64,000 nt of DNA from Blasia pusilla (lineage: Eukaryota): positions 6,634,001 to 6,698,000 of the forward strand of contig CM114271.1 in the NCBI GenBank assembly GCA_050084515.1, read 5' to 3'. The notes under the pieces are model-generated. The model was not told where the DNA came from. It made no database searches and saw only the letters and a list, made by a program, of their open reading frames with translations. Positions 12,486-24,600 of this stretch are shown one piece after another. Position 1 is the stretch's first letter. The number at the start of each line of letters is the position of its first letter. Position numbers and translations under genes: made by a program.

Positions 12486-14659
12486 GAACCCATGTAATTT
12501 CCTGACGGGTTGAGTTTGGATGTGCAGGATTGTATCGGAGGGGAATGTCACCCACCATGGATCGGGATCGCGATCGGGTGAAGAAGGTGCTTACGACGCA
12601 CCCGGGAGAGTACAGGGGTTTCTTGGGCGATGCCCTTGTCAATCAGATGCTTGCAAAGGGTGCTCAGATTAAAAAGAAAACTTGGGCAAATAAGTTTATT
12701 TCCCAAGATGCAGCCGTAACCATCCTTTGCTGGTCGAAGATACAGGCCGCGAAGAAAAGCGCTCCAGTGGAGCTGCAGGGGAGGGAGAAGGTATCTGCGT
12801 CTGAGCGTGCCAAATTCATCCAAGCTACAGTATCTGTAGCAACGAAATACACGGCGAGCAAGATGCAGCGATACATCAGCATTCTCAATCCCGAACTTGG
12901 TCCGGAGTTCTACAAGGAGCTGAAGGCGATTATCAAGCGCCAGCGGGAAAGGGATGAAGATCCGCATGGTCGGATTGGGGAGAAAGTGTCCCTGGATCGC
13001 GTGCATCGGTTTGCGTTGTCCGGCATAAGCGAGTTTAGGAGGATCCGACTAATGAAAATCAGTCTCGAGGGCTCAGAGGCCTAGAAGAGGGCGGCACACC
13101 ATCCTCCGGGTGTGTCCGATCCAGTGATCTCGCACTGGCTATGCGAATGGTCGTTCTGGGATGCGTTGCGGGTTATCGGGAAGTCCGTGCTGGAAGGTCT
13201 GCAAGCAGAGCTCGAAAGATTAGAGCCCATCCCGGATGAAGCAAACCTTGAAAGTTCTGGAGATTTTGAGGTTTGGCTCGACGACATCCGGGACAAGCCA
13301 ACCAAAAACCCAAGATTCAAGACCATGTTCAAGGTTTGCGTCCTCCCTCAAGCAGAGCTTGACGAAGAAGTAGAGGGGAACAAACGGGATCAAGCGAAGA
13401 AGAAGCGAGATCTATAGGAGTAGACGGCCGTTTCTGTTCGACTAAAAGCTGCCCAACGGATGGTCTTCAGGTACCTCGTCCAGTGTAAGAATGGAGGTAC
13501 ATGGGGAAAATTACCGATAGCCTTGAAATTGTGGGCTTCGCCGCGGGATGCAGAGACATTCTCCATGTACGACATGGAGATGGGGCAGCACATGTCCGAT
13601 TCGGAGGTGGAGAATTGCCCCATTTGGCTCGACTTCAACGACCCTGAAGACATCACCGATAAGGACTTACGAGTGCTTCATGATGCAGTGGCCTCAGGAC
13701 AAGACGACATCCCCAATTTCGTCCAGCCTGAAGACTTCTTCATAGGAGATGCAGAAGAGCAGGCCCACGAGACAGCTGAGTTGGCTTCCAAGGTCCGCAC
13801 AGCCAAAGACAAATCCACAGCGGGTCTCAAAGGCAAGGCGAGGGGAGGGAAAAATTTAGAGGCCGAGTCTTCCCAAAGAGAGGCTGAAGATTCAAGGCCA
13901 GAGGCGGAATCGTCCGGGCGAGCGAGGAGAGAGGGTCGGACCAGGTCCGCGAAAAAAACCCCACCAGAGTCTGAGGTCATAGAGACCCCGACAAGCCGTC
14001 TGCACACTAGGGAAAAGCGGAAGCGAGAGGTGTCCGGGTTGTCCCAAGGAGAATATAGTCCATCAACCTTGGGAAGACATAGACAAACAACGACCCGGAC
14101 AAGCGTCCTCCTTCAGTTCACTCCTTTACTGGATGAGCTCAAGAGCTTCAGTTCTCAAGCGTCGACACCAGCCATCAAAAAATTGACAACACTGGGATAA
14201 AAGCTCCAACGAAACGGGCACGCTGCCTGGACGGTGAATGGAGTGGTCGAAGAGGTTGCGGTGGATCTCTTGATCGCCGATCTGCCCTCGGGGTTGCGAC
14301 TTTGGGGCGAGAATCCGTCGGACGAGGTACCTGAGTGGAATGTGCCCCTCTCTTATGACCAGATTGCGCTTTTGTTCTCCTTTGCAAACGCCTATCTGAG
14401 TGACAGGGGCTGCTTCTTGGTGTTGACTGGAGGGAGCGTTGACCCTAAACGAGCTCTTCAACCTCCAATGCGTCAAGAGGTCGCTTAAGTGGAGGACGGC
14501 GCAATCGTGGATCATAAAAAACGAGTACCCACTCCGATCCGCGACGAGTCAGATTCGGGTAAGGCTCAATTCCTGTACTATAATTTCAATTATATTTTAA
14601 TGATGTGTATAATGAGTGTTCATCTCCGTTGAGTGAGTATAATGAGTGTCAATCTGGGT

Positions 14660-15012
14660 TTTTTTGTCCGTGAGCAACCCGTCGGAAGGCGACGGGTTGT
14701 TGGCTTAGAGCAGCCCATGCTCGGCTGAGAGCAACCCGTCGGTTTCGGACGGGTTGCATCTTTCCCACATACAAAGGGAAAACTGCGGTCTACCTGCAAC
14801 CCGTCGGAACCCAACGGGTTGCAGTTGCTTTTGGTTTATCCCAGTTGCTTTTGGTTTTTGGATGCAACCCGTCTGATAGCGACGTGTTGCTCTCAGGCGA
14901 GCATGGGCTGCTCTAGGCCAGCAACCCGTCGCCTTCCGACGGGTTGCTCACGGACAAAAACAACGGAGCCCGACGGGTCGGTCCGGGACAAAACAACCCG
15001 TCGGACTCCGGA
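14660..15012. repeat. Intronic ~100-bp inverted repeat built from palindrome units
   Basis: 14660-14760 is the near reverse complement of 14861-14961, with another palindrome copy at ~14796 between the arms. Confidence 0.88.
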
Positions 15013-17601
15013 CCGACAAAGTTGATCCAAAGTCGATTATTGAAAATGTTCTCAAGCCGACTTCTTTAGTTCTCGACATTGTTTCCAACGTCTTTGATTT
15101 GAGATGGACCACTCCTACGTGTACTGCTTTGTTCGGCCCGAGCACAATTTCCAGGTGTTCAAGATCCAGAATCCTGTGGATCCATGCTCAGATGGGTACA
15201 GCTTAGATAGTTTGTACAATTCCCCCCCCCAGGAATTTACATGCAAGACAGTACCCCACTTCTAGGAGGAAGGGAAAAGTCGCCAGCCCTGATGCAAATG
15301 CTCATCGAGCTCTGCTCAAGGCCGGGTGACTTGGTGTTTGACTTAGTGGGACTTTTAGGGGCAAGTATCAAAGGGGCCTGGCAGAGTGGCATGAACATTC
15401 TCTGCCTCGAGGGAAGGCAGGAACTGTTTGACCTTTGCAAGGAGGCAAAGGCAGAATACGAAAGGCTCGTTGGGGCATACAACTCTCCACCGAAGCCGAG
15501 AGCTCCGATCCCAGAGCCACCCTTGGTAGTGACTCCATCGTCACTTCCAACGATTCCAAAAATCAGGAGGGCAAGGCCGAAAGTAATTTTGCAAGAGCTT
15601 TCGGACGATGACGAGTGAGTTCAAAGAACTCAACGACCCAGCTTGACTGCAGCGTTTGGAGTAGGGAATTTTTTAATGATGAGGCAAAAGATTTCATAGA
15701 ATAGATCAAATGTACAGTTCCGAGCTTTTTTCGGATGATATAAAGCAGAAGAATTTTTCGAACGATGGTGGTGCTTGTAAAAGTTTGCTGATCATTTTTT
15801 GTCTTTTCGAATGTGATCGTCTATGTACTCCGCGGACTTCTATTTTGCAACCCGTCGGATTTCTCTTGCTTGCAACTTTTCACTTTTTGACCACTGCACC
15901 CTTTTTACCACTTCCGGGCAACCTGTCTGATTCCGACAGGTTGCCTGATCGGACTCTTTCCCTGTTGGTCCAACTTAAGAGGCAGTCTGGCGGGCTTCTT
16001 CCCTTGGCACCTTCCCCTCAACTCGTAAAGGCAGGCGTAGGCTTCTTTTCTTCTCTCAGACGTGTTGGATTCCTACTACCTATGTGATTGCCATAATGGT
16101 ATTACCGGGGACGGAGCACATATTGATACTGGATGGGTGTCACATTGCAGAGCGTACAAGGTATACTGCCGAGGAAGGCGGTGGGACTCGAAACAGGTTA
16201 CATGGGACCGTTATGGTGTACCTAGGGGGGGGGCCAAGGCTCTCGAATTTGCCAACATTTTCGATCCCCGTCTACAATCGGCCAGAGGAGCCACTTGTAT
16301 CCTAGGACATTCCTTTGGTATTGTCACCGAGGAGAGTTAGGAGTAAATTTGTAGATGACGAGGCTGAAGAAATCATAGACTAGGTGAAATGTACATTTCC
16401 GAGGTTCCTTCGGAGGTAATAAAGGACGAGATTTTTTCAACCCATTATGGTGTTTGTAAAAATTTGCTGGAATATTTTTTTGGACTTGTGGATTGTGTTC
16501 TTTTAGCTACTCAGAATTACAATTCTGCAACCCGTATGATTCCGACGGGTTGCAACTTTTTGCTTTTTGCCCACTGCAACTTTTTTACCATTTCAGCAAC
16601 CTGCCGGATTCGGCAGTTGATCGCTTGAGTGATCGGACTCTATCCCGGTGAGACCAACTTCTGACGCATTGTGGCGGGCTTCTTGATTTTTGGCTCGTTC
16701 TCCTTCATTCGTCAAACCAGTTGTAGGCTTCTTTTCTTATCTAAGATGTGCAAAATTCCTACTACCTGTCGGATTGCCATTTCGGATTCCCAACCCGTTA
16801 GATCGTCGTGGGTGCAGGGTGGAAGAAAATCACTTCTAAAAATCTTTCCTTTCTTATGGTGAGCTTTCTTACGGGTTGGGAGGGGTGCAGCTTCTCGATT
16901 TCTCAGCCTTAGGATCTGATGTGTTCACATTTCACAAATTTCACAAATTTGGTCTTGAGCAGACACCATTTATAACCAACAGAAAGTTGGTTATGGGGCA
17001 ATTTAGGGGAGGCCATGATGCAGGCAACAATCCCTGCAAAAAGAGAGGTTGGCATCCGGGTGGTCCTCCAACAAAAATACCAAGGGCACTGATTTTTGTT
17101 GACCGAGACAGGGAATGTTAAGAAACTTAGGCTCACATGGAGAGTGATGGAAAAATGTTTAGGGTGGTTTTATGATGTCTCCTTTTTTCTCACCCCCAAG
17201 AAAGAGGAAGTTTTTTTAGGGCCAAATGTGGACCACTAAATACTCTCTTCTAAAGATTTCCTGAATTTGAAAGCAAACAAAAATTTCAAATATGTCAAAA
17301 AGTTTTGAAGAGAGGAGGCGGATTTGGCCCCTTTTTTTGAAGAGAGACTCTCGTCTCTTCCTCTCTTCCTCTCCTCTCTTACTCTCTCCTGCCAGAATAC
17401 CAGCCCCCTATATAGAAGATTGTTGTGAATATTGCAATTACACTTCCAATCTCCAAATAGCATGCACATGGCTTGTATGTTCACCAACATAGAGCACAAC
17501 TATCCCCAATGGAACAAATTAGATCACCCATACTTATCACCTTTATGGTCAAATCTCTCTACTTCTTAAACAATATACATCTTTCTTCTACCTCTTGCTA
17601 G

Positions 17602-18021
17602 TGTGAGAATAAAAAATGTGACTAAATCACTAAAATATGTTATAAATTTTGGAAATACAAGTGGTCTAGTTCATTCATGCACTAATAGTAAAGCTTCCAT
17701 GAAACCTAAAAATGAAGATAACTTGATATACAAGAATACCTTGTTGTTGCAGCTCCTCGATTATTTGACTACTTGGGAAATAAGAGTTTTGACCCATTTT
17801 ATTTATTTCTATTAACGAAAGTTTTTCATTAGATTTCCCTGCACCCTGTTGCAATATAGGGTAAGATCATCATAATAATGCTATTCCATAAACCATCTAC
17901 GTCATATTACGATGACTCCTCGGATGTCGGAGACGATACCATCGATCTAGGCTTCTCCTAATATAAGGGTGTCAATCATATTAATGATGCACAACGAGAA
18001 GTGGATGTCGAGAATCCAACA
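17602..18021 (-). mobile_element. Copia-family LTR (same family as 48231 and 53590-58296)
   Basis: tgtgagaa...gtgactaaatc...gagaatccaaca; on the minus strand TGTTGG...CTCACA. Confidence 0.85.
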
Positions 18022-18038
18022 ACACCCCGCGCCCAAAG

Positions 18039-18238
18039 AAAAATAGGTAAAAAAACCCTAGTTTCCCGAGTAGTGAAATAGTCGGGAGCCGCAACAGTAG
18101 TGCATTCTCGTATGTCGAGTTATCTCCATGTTCAAGTTCCATCGAAGCTCTTCTGTGAGCGCACGGACGGACTAGGCCACTTTGTATCTTAAGTTTTATA
18201 AAGATTTTAGGTATTTCGTCACTTCCTGTTTTCTCATA
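18039..18238 (+). mobile_element. Inverted partial copy (3' half) of the same Copia LTR
   Basis: Closely matches 58105-58296 (gtatgtcgagttatctcc...gagcgcacggacggactaggccactttgtatc...ttctca). Confidence 0.85.
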
Positions 18239-19929
18239 GTTTTATCTTAGTATCCAACTATTTTATACGGGTAGAAATAGAGATTATTTTCCATATTATT
18301 TTGATCCACCGACAATACTATTTCATCTAACCTTGTTTTTCCTGTTATTTACGGCCCCAGCTTAAAGCCCATAAATTGCGGTTCCCTCTCAAGTGCGTGC
18401 AAAACACAATATTTCTGCAATCGCACCACAATGCTCCACAAGATCCATACTATGACGTGGAAAAAGATTATTGGATGAATAGGATTAGGTTCTTCACGTA
18501 TTCGTCGTCTTCTGTATTCATATCTTACTGTATTGGCCATCTTTATGTATTAGCCGTAACTCTTACTTGTTGCGTGGATTTGTATTAATTGAGTATTGTA
18601 CTATTGGCCATCTTTATATATTCTTCGTCATTCTCTATTATCCATGTTTATGTATTGATGGTCATTCTTACACTCTGACTCTTACGAAGGTTCGTATTAA
18701 TGGGCGTATTTCTTGTATTCTTGTATTGAATTGTTTTGATATTTATGGCATTTATTATTGATTCCTCTAGTAGTTTGTGGTTTTCAAAAATTTAATACCT
18801 CTGTATTGATTTGCTATGTATTATAGCATTTCATTGTCTATCGTTTTAATTTTTCTATAAAATGATTATACTCTATCATTAACTATAATTTTTTTTCATC
18901 TGCCCAGTTTTCACACTAATGTATTCATCTCTCCCCCACAACATTAAATTGAAATCAAATTTTTTTCTATGGAAAATGGAATTTATCTAATCAACCCAAA
19001 AGTTTATATCGTGAACTTGTTCGTATTATATTTCAAAACTTTTATTTTCATGGGAGTAATATCGGATCAATATAGTATGTATATTGAACTCTGTATCGTA
19101 CATGCTATTGTATTCTTCTCCTCTATAGTCTCTCCATAGGTTTCCATGGGTTTGTATTGAATATACTCTCCCCGTGTCTCCCGGTGGTTTGTATTGAAGG
19201 CAAACATATCTCCCATCCCTAAATAATGACTCCCTCTCTAGGCATATATATCTCCCATGCCTAAGTAGAGTCTCCCTCTAACATGTCTCTCTATTTGGAT
19301 TGAAGACTACTACATACACGGAGAGACACAAAGAAGCACATATTTGCTTAAGTGGCTCCCATACAGACTTTTCTTCCTTTAACCGCCCCCATACAAAATC
19401 TCTTGCTTGAACATCCCCTTTGAACTGCCACGTCAAAGTTCCCACCGGTTAATACAAATGTTTTTCTACGTCATTACTATAGCAAACAAGTGTTGGATAC
19501 AAGAACAATCTCGAGTTAGGGTTCGTCAATCTCGAGTTAGGCCTGTTGATCATGCAAATCGTGATCAACACTCGTGCTTACACTCTCGGGCACATGTTAA
19601 TTTGTTTACTAATCAGTATTTAATGTTCATCAGCTTGATTAGAGAATGGATGGCACCGAGCTACCCAAAGATCCTGACCTCTCATGTCCAGTTGACGATT
19701 TGCCAGACCTGAGCAGACATCATTTTCATGTGGATGACAAGGGATTGTTTGGTTCAAGTTGCAAACACCAGAACTGTGGATCTTATCAACGAAGGCTACC
19801 ATCAAGAGAGTCTTCGGTAGCTTTCGCGTTATGGCGAGCATCCACATCCAAGAACAATCCCTGTCTTGAAAGGTTCAGTTTGGAAGAAGGTAAAAATATT
19901 ATGGGATTCCAAAGCTAAAAATTTAGTGG

Positions 19930-20770
19930 CCGTCGAAATAGCCGTTGAGATGGATATTTGATCCAGAAATGATGATTATTGTTGCAATAGCCGCCACTAT
20001 ATTCGAAATAGCCGTCGTTGTAGATTTTTTGTTTCTTGAGAGGTGAGCCTACTGAGAATAGCCGGAAAAATATCCACTGTTGTAGTTGTTTTCATTTCCT
20101 AAGAGCTGAGCCTACTCATAATAGCCGCCGTTGTAGTTTTTACAATTTTCCTAAGAGCTGTGCCTACTCAGAATAGCCTCAGAATTAGCCATGGTTGTAG
20201 TTGTTTTGTTTTCTTCAGAGCTGAGCCTACTTAGAATAGCCGCCAAATTAGCCACCGTTGTAGTCTTCTAGTTTTCCAGAGAGTTGCGCCTACTAAGAAT
20301 AGCCTCTGAATTAGCCGTCGTTGTAGTTGTTTTGTTTTCCTGTGAGGTGAGCCAACTTAGAATAGTCGCCGTTATAGTTGTTTCGTTTTCTTGAGAAGTT
20401 GGCCTACTCATACTAGCCTCCAAAATAGCCGTCGTTGAAGTAGTTTTGTACTCATGAGAGGTGAGCCTAGTCAGAATAGCCCCCGTTGTAGTTATTATGT
20501 AATCCTGAGAGCTGAGCCTACTCAGAATAGCCGCCTAAATAACAACCATTGTAGTTGTGTTGTACTCCTTAGAGGTGAGCCTACTCAGAATAGCCGCAAA
20601 AATAGCCGCTGTTGTAGTTGTTTTTTACTCTTGAGAGGTGAGCCTGCTCAGAATAGCTGCCTAAATAGCAGTCGTTGCAGTTGAGAGGTGAGCCTACTCT
20701 GAATAGCCTCCATTGTAGTTGTTTTGTACTCATGTGAGAGGTGAGCCTACTCAGAATAGTCGCCGTTGTG
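19930..20770. repeat. Degenerate ~45-62 bp tandem repeat with GAATAGCC core
   Basis: Repeated gagaggtgagcctactcagaatagcc...gttgtagttgtttt. Confidence 0.92.
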
Positions 20771-21350
20771 GATATTAGGTGGACGAAATATAAGTTTTCA
20801 TTTACGAATGGTATTGGCATGGCGCAGTCATTAGCCGCAGTGAAAGTTATATCGATTAACAACCTTTGGGTCATCATGTGCAGTAAGGAGGCCTGCCTAG
20901 CCGATACAATTGAAGCAAGTGTTCCGCAACTTCGATGAGTTTGAGTTTGCACCACATTGTTGGTGCTCGCTGAATTATGGAGCGAAGCATTGCGCACGGA
21001 GCAATAAATGGTATCGACTTAGAATATGTAGATTTGGCACAAAGATCAAAGTCAAAGGTCTCCCTGTTTTCAATCAGGACAAACCCGGTAGCGGTTTGAA
21101 GAGTTCAACAAATGGGCAGGACCATCAAGAGGAGGATACTCACGTGAAGAAATCTCGTTTCATATGCCATTCATCTTTGCAAGACATAACCACGAGCGTA
21201 CATAGTATTTACAACATGTCCCGCAATGGAGGATTGGAAGAAAATGTTCAGGAATGTTCAACGGCTGCTAATCGCAAAGGAAAAAAGTCGGAAAATATTA
21301 GGGGGCGGTTGGTAGAAAATGGCACGATGTCAACCAAATTGCGGTAAATG

Positions 21351-22064
21351 TGTGTGGACCCTCGGCGTCTAAACTCAACAAGCGGTTGGTTGCTGAAGAT
21401 ACGACGTTTCATACCCTTTGTCAAGACTTTTTGGGATAGATCGGAGAGATCTAGAAGAGCGCCTTCGCGAGTAGAGGAGGAAAAGCTCAGGTTGTCGAGG
21501 ATGACCTGCTGAGGTCTCTGTAAACTTGAGAGAGCAGGTTTCCTCTTCGTTCCGGCTCATTTGGAGCCATATTGAGTACATAGTCAACTTTCTATTTTAG
21601 GTAAGTACCATTTTGAGTATATGGTCAACTTTCTATTTTTTGTAAGTAGCCTTTGACCTCCTACATGAGGTCAAGAGCCAAGGAGGTGACTTAGGATCGT
21701 AGGTTACCATGGAGAGAGCATTAGGGAGGGGAGGGGAATACCTCAAGGAGAGAAAGCTTGAAAACTCATTCTCTCTTTGTTGAACCTCTTGGCATGAGGA
21801 GGTGGAGCTATGGTTCCTTGCCTTGGGAGTGTAACCCAAGCCTTTCATAAGGAGAGTGGGTTTGGTTTGACATTGAGAGAGAGTGCACACATTTGAGAGC
21901 TATGGTGTTGAGAGAGATTGGATCTACTTGAGTTATTGGAGATATTTTGGTACTTCTTGTCTCGTTGTTCGGATGCCATGAGTTAGCATGGGATCGTGCC
22001 TATTTGTCGATAGCGATATATGTTGTGTAGCGATATGTATGCCCATGACATATTTTCCCTAACA
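21351..22064. mobile_element. Possible solo LTR inserted in the 5' part of the MULE-2 transposase gene
   Basis: TG...CA bounded (tgtgtggacc...ccctaaca), non-coding, interrupts coding-like sequence; no TSD found. Confidence 0.35.
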
Positions 22065-22079
22065 CTTTCCGCCAACACT

Positions 22080-24600
22080 CCATGGAATTGCTAATTGGAG
22101 ATAATTGGGGACATAGTGAAGAATTTCAGGACCCAATTATATTGAGGCTCGCATGTGGAATGGGCGTCTTGTGGCGACCTCAACATAGTTAGAGGCCTAA
22201 CCAACCATTGTTCAAGAATTCTTTCTCAGAACCTATGGTTAGCTCAAACATTCGCATAGAGAAAAGGAGAAAGAGTGATGAAGTTAGAGTCCCCGCTGCC
22301 AGAATGGGGCATGTGGTCAATTTGCTAGGTACATATCTTCAGTGAAGGGGAACGGCGCACCACGTAAAGATGAAGTTTGCGAGTGGAGGGTCCTTTGCCA
22401 ACGGCATAAAAGTACAGGCCTATGTGAGATAACGGGGTGTAATTTGAATCATACTTGTACGGGGCACATTCATACATGGAGGGGTCCTACCCACAAGGCA
22501 AAGTGGTTATCAATGGTATTAGAAAATAGGGTTGTAAATCAACCAAGCATCCCTGTAGGTAGCCTTGTAGAAGTCCTTGCGTAGATGTACAAGAAGCGGA
22601 CCACTTACTTCCCTGCTTGGAGATGCAAAGAAATATGCCAAGATTGGATGAATCGGGATGAACGGGCAAGTTTCCAATTGATTCCTTCTTTCATACAAGC
22701 AGTAAAGGAAGCTGACACCTTTGCTACTGCTGCTTGGGATGTTTGGGACTTAGAATATGCCACCTTCAAGAGACTATGTATTTCTCCCTCCGACATGAAG
22801 AACATCATTCCTTATGTGCAGCAGGTAGTTGGCTTGGATGCATGCCATACAAAGAATAATAAGTATCCCATGCAGATTTTCATTGCATCCATGTTGGATG
22901 GAAATGCCAATTCGATCATTTTGGCATTTGGCATATCTCCTCTTGAGAACAATAAGGAATGGGAATGATTTTGTGCACATCTGAAGAAAGCCATCCCAAC
23001 CTTAGATGATCCCAAAATTTCTTTTATTTCTGATAGACAAAAGGGTCTTTTACACGCGATGCGTACAACATTCCCCCAAAATATACATAGCATGTGTGCC
23101 CAACATATGAGACAAAATATTTGAACACGGTATGGAAAAGTTGCAGAAGAAGTTTTCATTGCCTATCTTTATGCCAGAACCATGGAGAAGTAAGAAATCA
23201 ATCCATTTCATTATTCCTTACAATTTGCATATGTGAGTCTTGTATATTCAGTAATTGTATTTTGCATAGGCTTTGACTATTTCCGGCTGCTATTCCGTAT
23301 ATGACGGCGGCTATTCATAGTTATGATGATGGCTATTCATAATTAGGATGGCGGCTATTCCCTATAGGACAATGGCTATTCACAGTTAGGACGGCGGCTA
23401 ATCATAGTTGGGACGATTGCTAATTTGAAACCTTGTTAGGACGGCGGCTATTCTCAGTTAGGATGGCTGCTAATTTGAAACCTTGTAAGGATGGTAGAAA
23501 TTTAGGGCTAAATCGGCGTCTAAATTCCAACCTTGTTAGGACGGGGACTATTCTTAGGACGTCGGCTAATGACAAGTTATTTTTGAGTTTTTCTATTCAA
23601 AGTTAAGATGTGGTGGCTAATGACAATTGAGGGTCTTGTTTTCTAGGTATGACACGTGGATTAACGAATTGGAGGGGCATCATATTCAACGAATAGCTGA
23701 TACGGCCTCATACATATGAGAGATAGGACCAAAGAAGTTTGCAAGATGTGCATTCCCTTTGTCACGCTATGGCAAAGTGAGTTCAAATCTTGTAGAGGTC
23801 ATAAATTCCGCCATCAAACCTATCCAGGAGGGACCTCCGCTTGTCATTTTTTGTGAGTTGTGGAATTACATGATGAAAACTTAGGCAGAAAGAAAAGTAG
23901 AGGCATGTCAACCTGAGAAGTTCTCAAAAAATTTGACTACTTATGCACTTATTTGTTATCGAGAGAATGAAGCCAATTGTCAAAGTTTTGATGTACTAGG
24001 CTTAGATGTAACAAATGCACTTGTCACTTCCATAACTAGTAGGCACCAATTTTGTGTCCGATTGCATCCTTAGTGTAGTTTTTTATGCTTAGAGTTCCAA
24101 GATACTTGTTGGCCATGTACGCACGTAATGGCTTGGGATGTCATTACAGGAGTGGACTCAAAAAAACTTGTTGATCCTATCTGGACTGATGTCTTCATCA
24201 GGCAGATCTACAAAAGCAGTATACCAGTTGTGAAGAGTGCTAAACTTATACCATCTTGGGATTTTCGACCTCCCCTTCCAACAGTTTGGCGTGGTAGACA
24301 TCATTATGTGCGCATTCTTGGTGGGAGAGGTGGCGAGATGCAAAGAGGACAAGGAGGTGGTGACGAGATTTCTTATCATGTACATGAAGAGTTTGTGAAT
24401 GAAGATGATGTTGGGAGTGGCCAGCAGGGGTATATCCCACCGCGAGGTCCTTCAGGTATTCCTAATGGGCATAGGGCACCAACAAATCAAAATGGGCAAA
24501 AGGCTGCCACACTTTTGAAAGACGTTGTAGACATTATGCACTTCAAGGGCATAACCGGAAAAGCTGCCATTTGTTGAAAGCAGACCAACTTGCATGGAGA
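22080..24600 (+). pseudogene. MuDR/MULE transposase with SWIM and CCHC knuckle
   Basis: VVGLDACH, LDGNANSIILAFG, ENNKEWE*F, FISDRQKGLLHAM, CAQHMRQN, YGKVSSNLVEVINS, degenerate SWIM (FQDTCWPCTHVM), RCRHYALQGHNRKSC. Intron ~23190-23648. Confidence 0.9.

Larger units (their letters stand above)
10624..15618 (+). pseudogene. MULE-1 accessory gene: ParB/Srx-like domain plus C-terminal beta-class N4-C/N6-A DNA methyltransferase-like domain; 2 introns; disabled
   Basis: Reading through the TAG at 11612 gives HFFIWDGNHRFMAW. ORFs 12530, 13112, 13460 and 14234 share one frame. MTase-like motifs: VDLLIADLPSG, LSDRGCFLV, WIIKN, HSYVYCFVR, EKSPALMQMLIELCSRPGDLVFDLVGLLG, GMNILCLE. Donors GTGAGT (11809) and GTAAGG (14559); acceptors ~12527 and ~15103. 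Confidence 0.72.
4560..17600. mobile_element. Large Mutator-like DNA transposon (MULE-1) with two divergent genes; right end not resolved
   Basis: Gypsy integrase similarity stops at ~4559 (followed by GGAAGTCTACGG). Contains a MULE-SWIM transposase (-) and an accessory gene (+). An element-wide palindrome runs from ~5118 to ~16620. Weak inverted similarity between 4905-5040 and 17270-17420. No TSD or clean TIR found. Confidence 0.72.
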
